Shown here in pieces: positions 8,636 to 18,829 of a stretch of DNA of 62,297 bases. The stretch is from an uncultured virus (IMG/VR IMGVR_UViG_3300047094_002559) (lineage: Duplodnaviria; Heunggongvirae; Uroviricota; Caudoviricetes). Numbering within the stretch: position 1 is the stretch's first letter; the number at the start of each line of letters is the position of its first letter. Under the pieces are notes generated by a model. That model was given only the letters and a program-made list of their open reading frames with translations, was not told the origin of the DNA and did no database searches. The translations under genes and the position numbers were made by a program. The stretch lies in IMG/VR virus record IMGVR_UViG_3300047094_002559. One strand, written 5' to 3'.

Positions 8636-11600
8636 TCAGGAGGGTAGATGGAGTTCAGGAAGTTTTCGTTGGCGTTAAACTGAGCCACGCTGCGCTCGGG
8701 CATGTTCATCCCGGCGAATCCGCGGCGAACGCCTGTCAGCTTCAATGTCACTTTGCTGGGTAACTTTTTGTGCCACGGCTTCCACCAGCACGCAGTCGGC
8801 TCCGCCTCAATCACCAGATAAGCTCCTTCGATTCTCGCAGACATGTTCGCCGGGACATCAGGATTGGGCTGTCCAGCGACTACGAGGCTGTTCGGCTCGC
8901 ACACGAAACGATACCGGTGGTCCAGTTCGTATCTCGTGCGGCGACCAGTCAGGGGGATGTCCCGCAGCACGAACTCGAAGAGCACCTCGTTACTCTCCAT
9001 GGTGAACAGCGCACCAAACTTCTTGGCGTGCCACGGCATCGGCACGATGGCGGTGGATTTGTCCGAGCCGCTGCCGCCAGTGCTGCCACCACCACCAGAG
9101 CCGCTGCCGCTGCCGCCAGTGCTGCCACCACCACCAGAGCCGACGCCGCTCCCTCCGCCGCTACCAGAGTCGCCGCCGCCGGAGTCGCTGCCAGAGTCGC
9201 CGCCGCCGGAGTCGCTGCCAGAGTCGCCGCTGCCCACGCCGCTACCAGAGTCGCCGCTGCCGGAGTCGCTACCAGAGTCGCCGCTGCCGGAGTCGCTGCT
9301 GCTGCCATCAGGGCAGCATGTGTCGTGCAGGATGATCGGACCAGAGTGAGCCTGGCTTGTGATGCTGCGCCATTTTCCAGCGCCCATGTCCGTGACATGA
9401 TACGACCCGATGTAATACACCTCTGCCACGCCGGTTTGCCGCAGCGTTCCCACGAAATCAGTGCCCTTTTCGATGCCGAGGCGTCCCTTCTGGTTGGCGC
9501 CGCGAATGCTCTCGTAAGTCACGCCGGGATCTGCGGAGACGGTCAGGATCAATTTCTTCGCGCCGGACCCGCCTGAGCCGCTGGTAAACGATCCGTCGGG
9601 AGTGCACACCGCGTAAACGACGACGTGGCCACCGCCGGCCGCAATCGCCCGGTCCGTGACTTTCGCCGGTGTGATGCCATCGGGATCGTAGAGCGTGGCC
9701 TGGCTGAGCCCCAGCGGATGACACTCCGTCTCCGACTTGCCGACGACAGCCATCGCTGGCCCCGGCAACGAGAGGAGGTTGTCCGTGAACGTCAGCATGA
9801 AGTTGTGCGTGTCGCGGCATTCCAGCAGCGTCAGCAGCATCGTCTCCAGCGTCTGATCGGCATCCCCAGTCGTCGCACCTTCCGTGATGACATCCAGAGC
9901 GGCGCTGCCTCCCCACGGTTTCTGGTTGGGCTGCGCGCAGGTTACGATGTGACGCGGCCACGCGATGTGTGTGCAGTCCAGCTGGCCTACCGCGGCGTTC
10001 CTGGCCTGCTCCGCCAGTCCGTGCGGATCGAAGGATTCCGCGACTCCCTCCGCGCAGTGATAGAATCCCCACGGGTCAGGCGCAGCCACAGTGTCGCCCT
10101 CCGCCGCTTTGTGGCAGGCCTTCACTGTCCCAGGCAGCCAGAGCGTGTCCGGATCTTCCTGGACGCCGTCCGAAGCGGGTTCCGCCCACTGCTGCCCCCA
10201 CTTCAACAGTCCGCCGTATTTGAACCTGGCGGGCATGCCTGGGCCGTGCCCGTCGTTCGGACCTGGATGCACGATGGCCGCAGCTGTGCCCATGTCTCCG
10301 TCAGGGTCGATCACGTTGTCACCGAGCACCGTCAGCTCGCAGTCATCAAACTGATCCGGCGAGAACACGATGGTGCCGCCTGACAGCGCGCACGCGTCGA
10401 TGGACCGCGTGCTCAATTCGAGGAACCACTGATCCATGAACAGTTCGTGCTGCGTCTGATTCGATTGCGTGCCGGCCAGATAAGAGGCGGTCGTGGAAGC
10501 GAAGTTCGGCGCCTCGTTGATCAGGTTCGGACGATCATCCGGACGCGGCTCGCAGCAGGCCATCTTGCACGCGACGAACATGCACGACAGCGCGGACTGA
10601 CACAGCGTTGCGAGATCCGGCCACTGAAAATCTCCCTCGTAACCGTTCGCGACGTTCGGATACTCCAGGCTGCTGATGAGTCCGCGCGGAAGCACGTTCG
10701 TGTGGACGGACCGCGTCAGGTCCAGCTTGACGGCCAGCGGACTTCCGCCAGGCGCATCCAGAATCGACTGCGCGTCATCGGGGTCCGTTTGGTATTTGCC
10801 GGAGATGTCGACATCCGACACGGCGCCGCCCTGCTGGGACAGCAGCCCGTAAGTCTGCTCGGCGTCGCCCTGTTCATCCACGGAGCACGCGCACTGGTGC
10901 TTCGGCGAAATCCAGCTGCACGCCAGAAAACCAGCGCCATGCAGCGCGGCCTGCGCGTCGGCCTCCGCCTCGGTGCTGCCTACGAAAAGACCAGGCCAAA
11001 CCCACACCTCGAACGCGGGGTTCACGTCGAGCGATTCCGTCGCATCCCCCAGATCCTGCAATCCTTTGTTGCAGCGCTCGTAGGCCGGCCCGCCGAAGTC
11101 GACCGGGTCTCCGCCGCGCAGCTCCTCATACATCGCCTGCCTTCCGTCTTCGTCGTTCTCGCGCTCGGGTATCACTGCAGCGGCACGCAGCGCCACGGCC
11201 GCGTTGCCGTAAGTCTCCGTCATGCACGAGATGACCCGCGGACGGTTCGGAAAAAAGCAGTCGAGTCGCGCCGCGGCCAAGTTGTAGGCGATGGCATTCG
11301 CTTCGTCCTGCGTGCGCGCCGCGGCGGTCGGCGTGTTCGCCGGCGTGACGGCGGTCGTGCGCAGGACGCGCAGCAGGTTACTCCCGACCTGAGACCGCAA
11401 TTTGAACTCCTGCCCGTTCAGGTCGTTCAACGCGATCGATACCAAGTCGAACTCGAACGACTGCCACGCGTCCGGACTGTTCTCGCCACCCGCGGTGCCG
11501 ATGGCCCCGGCCAGCGTCTGCATGTCGCTCGTTGTTGGATCGATGTTCGGAAGTGGCCACTCGGTCGGCCAGTCGATCAGCGTCGTCTCGTCGAGTATCT

Positions 11601-12465
11601 CCTCGGTGCCGCAGGTCGCCGTCTGCTCCGTGTTGCCGACCAGACATTGCAGATCAAAGGCAGCGTAAATGGCAGCCAGATTGTCCGCGTCTACCTGGCT
11701 GACCGTGGACTGATGCACTCCCGCAGCCACATACTCAAACTCATCGCCCGGCTCGGCGTAGAGAATCGCGTAGCCGGGATCCTCGGTGTCGCACACGACC
11801 CACATCTCACGGTTCCTCCATCCGCACACGATGCTTGCTTCAGCAGTCGCCTGGGCGATGTCGTCAGCCACGCCTTGCGCAATTACCAGCGCCTCCCGGA
11901 TTTTCGTGGCGAGCAGCAGCGGCACTCCGACGAGGGCGACCAGTCCGTCGTCGAAATCCCCGAGGGTCGCGCCGCCGGTGCCGTTGATCGAGTCGATCAG
12001 ATTTGCCGTCACGTAGGCCTGCAGAGCCTCGCTGTATGTTGCCAGCCGGAACAATTCGGACTGCGCGATCGCAGGCACGAGATCGTCGGGCGGCGGCAGC
12101 ATGATGTCATCCAGGAACACCTCCTGAACCGCAGCGCCGGCGTCCACGACAAACGGATACGCGGCCCCGCTCAGCTCGACCTGTCCCTCTGCGCACAGCG
12201 CTGTGGCTTCCTGGCTGTAGATAATAATCGCATCCGGCAGCAGATCAGGATCTGCAGGCACAGCAGGCGGCAGGTTCGGCGGGCTGAATACAGCCTTCGG
12301 CGTCGCCTCCGGCTCGTCGCACTTGCCGGCTGGCGCCGCCGGAGTCGTGTCCGGGGTGAGTGTGACGACGTCCGCTGCGCAAGGCGTCGCGCCGCGGACC
12401 CGTGCCCGCTCTGCGAACAGACGGGCGGCGCTCGATGCTGAAGTGTCCTCGGGTTCCAGTGGCAT
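8632..12465 (-). CDS. Large Cys-rich tail fibre-like protein with DUF5977-like repeats, Gly/Ser linker and C-terminal chaperone-like domain
   Basis: Repeated 'AG...S..SQ.DAD..A...L.C' units, a GS tract, and C-terminal 'DKSTAIVP...LFTMESNEVLFE'. Confidence 0.55.
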   Translation of the reverse strand: MPLEPEDTSASSAARLFAERARVRGATPCAADVVTLTPDTTPAAPAGKCDEPEATPKAVFSPPNLPPAVPADPDLLPDAIIIYSQEATALCAEGQVELSGAAYPFVVDAGAAVQEVFLDDIMLPPPDDLVPAIAQSELFRLATYSEALQAYVTANLIDSINGTGGATLGDFDDGLVALVGVPLLLATKIREALVIAQGVADDIAQATAEASIVCGWRNREMWVVCDTEDPGYAILYAEPGDEFEYVAAGVHQSTVSQVDADNLAAIYAAFDLQCLVGNTEQTATCGTEEILDETTLIDWPTEWPLPNIDPTTSDMQTLAGAIGTAGGENSPDAWQSFEFDLVSIALNDLNGQEFKLRSQVGSNLLRVLRTTAVTPANTPTAAARTQDEANAIAYNLAAARLDCFFPNRPRVISCMTETYGNAAVALRAAAVIPERENDEDGRQAMYEELRGGDPVDFGGPAYERCNKGLQDLGDATESLDVNPAFEVWVWPGLFVGSTEAEADAQAALHGAGFLACSWISPKHQCACSVDEQGDAEQTYGLLSQQGGAVSDVDISGKYQTDPDDAQSILDAPGGSPLAVKLDLTRSVHTNVLPRGLISSLEYPNVANGYEGDFQWPDLATLCQSALSCMFVACKMACCEPRPDDRPNLINEAPNFASTTASYLAGTQSNQTQHELFMDQWFLELSTRSIDACALSGGTIVFSPDQFDDCELTVLGDNVIDPDGDMGTAAAIVHPGPNDGHGPGMPARFKYGGLLKWGQQWAEPASDGVQEDPDTLWLPGTVKACHKAAEGDTVAAPDPWGFYHCAEGVAESFDPHGLAEQARNAAVGQLDCTHIAWPRHIVTCAQPNQKPWGGSAALDVITEGATTGDADQTLETMLLTLLECRDTHNFMLTFTDNLLSLPGPAMAVVGKSETECHPLGLSQATLYDPDGITPAKVTDRAIAAGGGHVVVYAVCTPDGSFTSGSGGSGAKKLILTVSADPGVTYESIRGANQKGRLGIEKGTDFVGTLRQTGVAEVYYIGSYHVTDMGAGKWRSITSQAHSGPIILHDTCCPDGSSSDSGSGDSGSDSGSGDSGSGVGSGDSGSDSGGGDSGSDSGGGDSGSGGGSGVGSGGGGSTGGSGSGSGGGGSTGGSGSDKSTAIVPMPWHAKKFGALFTMESNEVLFEFVLRDIPLTGRRTRYELDHRYRFVCEPNSLVVAGQPNPDVPANMSARIEGAYLVIEAEPTACWWKPWHKKLPSKVTLKLTGVRRGFAGMNMPERSVAQFNANENFLNSIYPPE
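9062..9310 (-). repeat. Coding low-complexity tandem repeats (SGSDSGGGD / GSGGGGSTGG)
   Basis: Repeated ccagagtcgccgc(c/t)gccggagtcgct and ccgctgccgccagtgctgccaccaccaccagag units. Confidence 0.9.
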
Positions 12466-12466
12466 A

Positions 12467-13948
12467 TCAGCTGAACTTTGCGTGGCTCAGACGCACCTGC
12501 GTGAACGAGTTCATTTGCTTGCCGGCGCGCAAGTCCACGCTGTGCGTAAAGCCCTGCACGAACGCCGTGAATTCGGTTTTCTTTGCTCCCGGCTTTTCGT
12601 CGTCAGCTCCTCGAATTCGAAGTATCACGCGCTTACCTAGATACTTGGTCAGGTTGAAATCCAGCGGAATCGTCATACCGACAGATGAGTGTGCAAGCTG
12701 CAGTTCCTTGAACATGAGCTCGCACATCTCAGTCATGACGCGAGACGACGCCGCATCGACTTTGTTCTTCTGCGCCGCGGCGGCGACCGCGGCCTTCGCG
12801 CGCTGTGCGAGGCTCAGATTCACCTTGGCGCCTGGATCTTTCTTGCCGTCCATTTCGCTACCGAAGATAGGGACGCCGCCGCCGCGCAACAACCAGAACG
12901 GAACTGCTTCGTGCTGGATGAAGCCCTGGAGAAGAGGATCAGGCGCAAAAGCGACCGCAGACGGAGTCCGGCCTCCTTTCTCTTTTCGCGCCCACTCCGG
13001 CGCCATGGCATACATGACCACCCCGCCAGGTTGGAGGATGCGTGCGCTGCCGTCCGACACGCTGAAACCCGACACGCTGACTTCCATGACGTCGGTCGTG
13101 TCAGCCACTTTTTTGTCCACGCGTTCGAAGTGCCCGAAGCCTGCGAACGACGGCACGTAATACATCTGAAAGCTGGACATGAGCGCGCGGACCTTGTTCC
13201 AGAACCCGGGCATGAGGGCGATCAGCACGTCATGCACGCTCTTCGAGAGATGCTTGGCAATTTCGCCGTGCGCCTTGAAAGCGGCCTCCCAGCTCTGGAA
13301 CTTGACGTCGCTGTCTGTGAGCATCTGCCGCCACATCCTGAGCGGTCCGTTCGTGTTGATGCTGTGCTGCCTGACGATCTGCTGCCTCTCCATCGCGCGA
13401 TGCTGAATGCTGGCGATGGTCGCCGCGTAGTTCGAGACGAGAAGGTCCGTGATCGCCAGTATGGTCCCCGGCGCGTCCCCATTTCTCGCTGCCGGAACAG
13501 GCTTCAGCAATGGTCCGGATTCTACACGCGGAGCGCCCGGCGTCTGGGCGGCATACAGCCCGGTTCCGTAGATGCTCAGGTCCATGGCATCCAGCAGCGC
13601 CGCCTGTCCGACAGTCGCGAGCTTTTCAGACGTGCTGACTTTCGTCAGCTCCAAGATCGGGGACGAAATAAAGCCCGAGTAGTTGACGGAGCCGCCGATG
13701 CCGTCTTCGGCGAACACCTCGAAGTCCGGCGTGGTCCGACCAGCCAGACGTGCTGTCTGCAGCTTGCCGATGCGCGCGATGACCTCCGGCGCTATCGGCG
13801 TCTTGACGGATACCTTTCCGGAGGTCTCGGCGACGTTCGCGCTGACCATCGGAAAGCTGTTCACGTCGATCTCGAAAAGTAGTCCCTCGGGGGACACGTT
13901 GTCCCCGTTGATGCTTGCCGAAATTTTCGCCGTGGTCGCCTTAGACAT
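12467..13948 (-). CDS. Putative baseplate hub/tail protein
   Basis: 493 aa, tightly coupled gene downstream of tape measure. Function inferred from position only. Confidence 0.45.
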   Translation of the reverse strand: MSKATTAKISASINGDNVSPEGLLFEIDVNSFPMVSANVAETSGKVSVKTPIAPEVIARIGKLQTARLAGRTTPDFEVFAEDGIGGSVNYSGFISSPILELTKVSTSEKLATVGQAALLDAMDLSIYGTGLYAAQTPGAPRVESGPLLKPVPAARNGDAPGTILAITDLLVSNYAATIASIQHRAMERQQIVRQHSINTNGPLRMWRQMLTDSDVKFQSWEAAFKAHGEIAKHLSKSVHDVLIALMPGFWNKVRALMSSFQMYYVPSFAGFGHFERVDKKVADTTDVMEVSVSGFSVSDGSARILQPGGVVMYAMAPEWARKEKGGRTPSAVAFAPDPLLQGFIQHEAVPFWLLRGGGVPIFGSEMDGKKDPGAKVNLSLAQRAKAAVAAAAQKNKVDAASSRVMTEMCELMFKELQLAHSSVGMTIPLDFNLTKYLGKRVILRIRGADDEKPGAKKTEFTAFVQGFTHSVDLRAGKQMNSFTQVRLSHAKFS

Positions 13949-14846
13949 GGAATCCGATGGGTGAATCAGGATCGACTGGCGCCTCGGTCATCCCGACGAG
14001 CCCCGGAGCGATCGTGTAGAACGTGTCCAACGGCTCGCGCGCGTCGACGCTGTCGTTCGCAGACACGCTGTATCCCGCCTGTTCTTCGGCAGTCCACTTG
14101 AGCATCCGGCGGATAATCGCCAGGCCAGCCATCCCTACCCTCATGGCTGGATTTGCAGGCGAAGATTCAAAAGCGGCCAGCGTGCCTTCGCTGTTCATCA
14201 GCAACACCATGGCGCGGTCCTTGCGAAGTCGCTCCGCGGTGTCGACAAACGGATAGCGGGTCGGCGCCAGGCTCACCGACACGGAGTCGTCCGATGTCCA
14301 CTGCGTCACCTGGAAGTCTGCGAAAATTCCGTATAGCGGCGCGGCGGCGACGCTCAAGCGGAAGTCGCCGCCGTCCAAGCTGGTCAGCGTCGCCGAAGAT
14401 GTCGCACGGATGCCGTTGCTGGTCTGGATATCCACAGCAGTGTCTGACGTCCGGGTGATGGAGAGGCTGTTGAATCCGCGCGCGCCGGCGACCGAGCCGT
14501 CGACGTAGCCATCCGCGCGGTCCGAACGTCCGAGCATCGGGGCCGAGGTAACGATCTTGCGCAGCGCGAGCAGTCCCGGCACGAATACCGCGGCGACGTC
14601 GCGCGGCATCTCGCGCAGCATGGCCTTGGACATCAGCGACGCGGCGTAAACCGACAGCGCGTTGAAGTCGTCACCCAGCGTGTCCAGCTTCAGGAAGCGG
14701 CGCGCGTAGGTCACCTCAGCCGGCGTCGAGTTCACGACGTAGTTGATCGACGTGTTCAGCGCCGAATTGGCAAAGCCGGTCGAGCGTCCGGTGAGCAACC
14801 ACAGGAAAAAATTGGAACGAATGTTGATGTTGGGTAGCGCGCTCAT
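13941..14846 (-). CDS. Hypothetical tail/baseplate protein
   Basis: Overlaps both neighbours within the tail operon. Confidence 0.55.
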   Translation of the reverse strand: MSALPNINIRSNFFLWLLTGRSTGFANSALNTSINYVVNSTPAEVTYARRFLKLDTLGDDFNALSVYAASLMSKAMLREMPRDVAAVFVPGLLALRKIVTSAPMLGRSDRADGYVDGSVAGARGFNSLSITRTSDTAVDIQTSNGIRATSSATLTSLDGGDFRLSVAAAPLYGIFADFQVTQWTSDDSVSVSLAPTRYPFVDTAERLRKDRAMVLLMNSEGTLAAFESSPANPAMRVGMAGLAIIRRMLKWTAEEQAGYSVSANDSVDAREPLDTFYTIAPGLVGMTEAPVDPDSPIGFHV

Positions 14847-15376
14847 GCGACGTCGGCGGTGACCATCTGGATGGAAAACATCTGAGTGTTGACCCTTGGT
14901 TCGGCCGTCTCCAGACGCAGACCGACTACATAGGCGTCGATGGCCGAGGTTCCAAGCGAAACTCTCACCGGCCCCCGCTTCTTGCTGACTCGATTCTTAT
15001 CATACCACTGCAGCAGTTTCGTCAGCTGCAGGCCGCGGGTGCTGGTGTTACCGAGCAGCAGGATACCAGCCACGGAAACGTCGTTCCAGGCCGTCCCGAA
15101 GAGATAGAGCACGCGCTTGTCGTCCAGCGTGGTCGTCGGCTGCACGATCTCCACGAAGTTCAGCGGTACTCCCAGCACCAGAGCCCTGGAACCGGGGGCG
15201 TCGTCGATCTTCGGGTCCAGCCTGTAGAACCCGTTGGACGGTCCATCGAACGCGTGGACCCACCCCTTGCAGTCTGCCAGCGTCGTCGAGGATGAACCTC
15301 CCGTGAACGCGTTCCCGGTGAGCAACGACGCGCCTTGCAGACTTCCGATTTGAAGAGATCCGGTGAGTAGTGCCAT
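14843..15376 (-). CDS. Putative tail tube-initiator-like protein
   Basis: 177 aa, beta-rich, immediately after tape measure ('LYLFGTAWNDVSVAG'). Confidence 0.45.
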   Translation of the reverse strand: MALLTGSLQIGSLQGASLLTGNAFTGGSSSTTLADCKGWVHAFDGPSNGFYRLDPKIDDAPGSRALVLGVPLNFVEIVQPTTTLDDKRVLYLFGTAWNDVSVAGILLLGNTSTRGLQLTKLLQWYDKNRVSKKRGPVRVSLGTSAIDAYVVGLRLETAEPRVNTQMFSIQMVTADVA

Positions 15377-15380
15377 GATT

Positions 15381-18300
15381 TTATTTGGGACTTTTTTCGA
15401 CGTTGCCGGTTACCAAGATGTTGCCGTTTACGACAATCTGCGTCGTGGTTGTGCCGCCGTTTTCCTCGACAGCCTGATTCATGAATTTGCGCTTGGCAGC
15501 CTCCAGCTGCCTTTTTGCGTCAGCGATGAGCACGTCGTGAGGCTTACCTTTATCATCCTTGAGATCGAAGGTCGTCTTCCCGGCATCTTCTGCCTTCTGG
15601 AGTTGCTTCAGCTGCGCGTCGATCTTGTTGACCATCTCCCCGCCCTCGTTCAGATGTCCAAGTGCTTTCATTTCATCTTTGGTGGCCATACCGATCCGCT
15701 TGGTCATCGTCATCATATTGTGGAGTCCGCCGCCTTCAAACTCGGCCTTCTTCCCGCTGAACCACCCGCCCGGTTTGAAGTTGACCGCCTCAAACGCTGA
15801 CAAATTCGGCGCTTCGCCTTTCGCGATTGATGTCATGAGGGAAGTCTGCAAGTCGTCGTCCAGACCCATGGCCTGAGCGAGCATTTTTGCGGCGCCCTGA
15901 CGCTGCCCAATCTTGTTGAGCTCTGCGGCGCCGGACTCCTTGGCAGAATCCGTTATGGCTGTCATTCCGCCCCTGCCGTCCGCGTCGAGCCCCAGCGTAG
16001 GATCACCAGTCAGATTCATCCCCAGGTATTTTTTGTCTGTCTGCATCAGCTTGATGGCGTCGGCCCGCAGATTCTTATCCGTCACGGTGGCAGCCATCAG
16101 ATCCTTCATATTCTCAAACCCCATCGCCTTGGAAATATCGATCTCCTTGCCGTGCACCTTGGACAGCTGCGCCATTCCTTTTTCGGTCAGTCCATTGCTG
16201 AAATCAATGCCGGTCTCGTATTGCGAATCCGCAGCGACGAGCTTGCCGTCCTTGTCCAGCACTTGCGGCATCTTTATGCCTTCTTTTTTCATGGCTTCGA
16301 GCATCAGCACCATCGATTCGGGATCGCTGACGCCGCCCTTCATGCCCCCAGTCGCAAGCGCCGTCGCGATGCTGTTGAACGAGATGCCGCCATCTGCAGC
16401 AGAGAGCCGCCGACGGGAGGACGCCGCTCCAAGCATTTCGAGTCTGTTCTGTCCCGACTCGGCCTGCTCAAATACGGACATGCCGGGCTCGTAGTTGGCG
16501 TCGTTCAGCATGCTCACGGCCTGGCCGAATGCCTTCTCGTCCTTCACCTGCCCGTTCTTGTCGAAGAACTGGCTCATGAACTTATCCGCCGCGGCGCCAG
16601 TCACGCCGGCCTTCTTCAGGACGTCGCGCTGCATACTCGCACGGTCCGCCCCGGTGATCAGATCCGTTTTGGACGGCTTTCCGTCCGGGCCGATTCTGGC
16701 GGTCTGCTTGGACAGGTTCAGCATCTGCCCCAACCCGCCGGTCCCCAGGTTCTTCAACATGGTCTCGCTGACGGCGTCCGCGTCTTTTACTCCGCTGCCC
16801 TCCAGGTAATTGGTCAGCATATCTGTGTCGATGGCATCCAACCGTTCCGCGGCTGCCTGTTTTTCCATGGCGCGAGCTTTCGCAGGGTCCTTGTATGCCT
16901 TCGCCAGCATGCGTTTCCCGGTGAGCGAGGATGTCAGCTCATCGAAGCCCGCTTCATTCCCGGGACGTCCGGCGGCTGATGCCAGCAGGCTTCGCATCTG
17001 CTGCTCCAGATTGTAGCGCGTCCCTGGGTCCTTTTCGCTGTCGAATTGCTGCAGCAGATCCTCGGCGTCCTTGCGTCTCGCTCCAGACAGATTGTCCATC
17101 CCGCCCCTGGCCATAGTCATCCCCTGATACTTGTCCAGGTATTGCAAGCGGCCCTCCTTCTTGTCTTCGTAAATTTCCTCGAAGGTCTGCGAGTCGGCCA
17201 TATCCACGCCGAGCGATCTGCCCAGCATCACAGCACGGTTGGACTGCTGGTAGGCGATGGCCGAGTCGCCCATGATCTGGTTGTGGATGTTCGCGTTTAT
17301 TCCGGTGACCAACGAGCTGTGCCGCCCGTCCGCTCCGATGACGCCAGCCACTTGCCCGCGCATGGACGCCTGCATGTCGCTAGACCAGTCCATGAACGCA
17401 CGAGGATCCATGCCGCTGATCACTGCTGCGCCGCGCAGTTGCGCCACCTGGGCGGATGCTTGCGCCGCCTGCTCTCGGTTGGTAATTTTCATGCCGGAGA
17501 TGGACTCCAACTTCTGCTGCAGCTCCGGCGCCGACATCTCCTGGTAGACGTCCGCGAGTCCCGCCAGTCCGGCAGTGATGTCCTTCACGACTTGTCCGAC
17601 GCGTCTGACCTCGTCCTTGTTCCCGATGAGCGCGTCGGGCGACTTGATCACCGCCTTGACTTCTTTCTGCAGCTTTTTGTCCCCTGTGGCGTCTGCCATC
17701 GCCTGCAGTTCTTCGGCCTGCTTTTCCGGTGAGAGGTCCTTGTTGACGCTGAGCTTGGCCAGCCCAGCCCGCAGGTCGGGACTCACGGCGTTGTCGGCCG
17801 CGGCAGACAACCGGGTCTGCAGGTCGGCGTTCTGCTGCAGGTGCGCGACGTGTCCGATGCCGCCGCGCTGTGCGAGCGTCTTGAACACGCCGGAAACTTC
17901 CTGCGAGTTGAAGCCGTGCATGCGGCTGGTGTCCCCGGTGCCGCCATACATGTCGCTCATGATCTTCTTCATGAACGTCGCCGAGACATGCTCAGCGACG
18001 GCCCCGGAACCGCCTACGCGCCCGATCCCGTATTCTCTGCCCCCGGATCGTCCGGTGCCGCCGATCGACATACCAAAGCCGCCGCCAGCCACGCCTTGCG
18101 CAATGTTGGCCGCTGCGGTGATCGGATCCCCTTGGCCAATCATGCCGGTGGTGCGCATCAGCATGGCAGCATCCATCGCCATCTGCCCAGATGTGGACTG
18201 GAACATTGCGCGACGCACCTGGTCGGGGCCGGCGCCGGACATGCCATGCTGGAGGCGCACGATCCTCTCGGCTGCGGCCAGCGCGACTGGGTCGGTGAGC

Positions 18301-18437
18301 GCCGCGGCGCGCGCCATCTGCGCGGTCATGTGCAGGTTGCGCTGCCGCTGCTGATGCTCCGCGGCCGTCGGCGCTCCGCCGGTGCCGGTAGGTCCGTAAC
18401 CAGTCCAGTCTATTGGGTTGCGGTCGTAAGGGTTCAA
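15381..18437 (-). CDS. Tape measure protein
   Basis: 1018 aa, Ala/Gly/Met-rich and helical. Follows the chaperone pair. TTG start overlaps the upstream TGA. Confidence 0.7.
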   Translation of the reverse strand: MNPYDRNPIDWTGYGPTGTGGAPTAAEHQQRQRNLHMTAQMARAAALTDPVALAAAERIVRLQHGMSGAGPDQVRRAMFQSTSGQMAMDAAMLMRTTGMIGQGDPITAAANIAQGVAGGGFGMSIGGTGRSGGREYGIGRVGGSGAVAEHVSATFMKKIMSDMYGGTGDTSRMHGFNSQEVSGVFKTLAQRGGIGHVAHLQQNADLQTRLSAAADNAVSPDLRAGLAKLSVNKDLSPEKQAEELQAMADATGDKKLQKEVKAVIKSPDALIGNKDEVRRVGQVVKDITAGLAGLADVYQEMSAPELQQKLESISGMKITNREQAAQASAQVAQLRGAAVISGMDPRAFMDWSSDMQASMRGQVAGVIGADGRHSSLVTGINANIHNQIMGDSAIAYQQSNRAVMLGRSLGVDMADSQTFEEIYEDKKEGRLQYLDKYQGMTMARGGMDNLSGARRKDAEDLLQQFDSEKDPGTRYNLEQQMRSLLASAAGRPGNEAGFDELTSSLTGKRMLAKAYKDPAKARAMEKQAAAERLDAIDTDMLTNYLEGSGVKDADAVSETMLKNLGTGGLGQMLNLSKQTARIGPDGKPSKTDLITGADRASMQRDVLKKAGVTGAAADKFMSQFFDKNGQVKDEKAFGQAVSMLNDANYEPGMSVFEQAESGQNRLEMLGAASSRRRLSAADGGISFNSIATALATGGMKGGVSDPESMVLMLEAMKKEGIKMPQVLDKDGKLVAADSQYETGIDFSNGLTEKGMAQLSKVHGKEIDISKAMGFENMKDLMAATVTDKNLRADAIKLMQTDKKYLGMNLTGDPTLGLDADGRGGMTAITDSAKESGAAELNKIGQRQGAAKMLAQAMGLDDDLQTSLMTSIAKGEAPNLSAFEAVNFKPGGWFSGKKAEFEGGGLHNMMTMTKRIGMATKDEMKALGHLNEGGEMVNKIDAQLKQLQKAEDAGKTTFDLKDDKGKPHDVLIADAKRQLEAAKRKFMNQAVEENGGTTTTQIVVNGNILVTGNVEKSPK

Positions 18438-18829
18438 AATAGCGGTTTGGATTTCTCCTCGGTGTAGTGAGCGTCGAGCGCGGAGAAGATACCAGACTTC
18501 TCTGCAATTTGGTAGAGCTGATAAAGGGACACCTCGTCTTTCGTGCTGCGCTTGAGTTTTCCGGCGATTTGATCAGCCACTTTGTAGATGTCGAACATCC
18601 GCAATTCGCTCGCGCGCACCAGCCGCGTGTTCGACTTGTTGATCGCATCGTTCAGCCCCTTCTGGTTGAGCACCGGGATCAGTGCCAGGTCCGCCGCGAT
18701 GGACGCCTGCATGTTGCTGGCGATCATCTCGGACGTGAGCACCTCGATCACGATGTCTTCCGTGACGACGGAACGCTGACCGAATTTATGAGCAGGACGA
18801 AGAAGGCCGCGCAGATACGCGACTACCAT
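18434..18829 (-). CDS. Tail assembly chaperone, downstream (T-like) part
   Basis: In the -1 frame relative to the upstream ORF and directly before tape measure. Confidence 0.6.
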   Translation of the reverse strand: MVVAYLRGLLRPAHKFGQRSVVTEDIVIEVLTSEMIASNMQASIAADLALIPVLNQKGLNDAINKSNTRLVRASELRMFDIYKVADQIAGKLKRSTKDEVSLYQLYQIAEKSGIFSALDAHYTEEKSKPLF

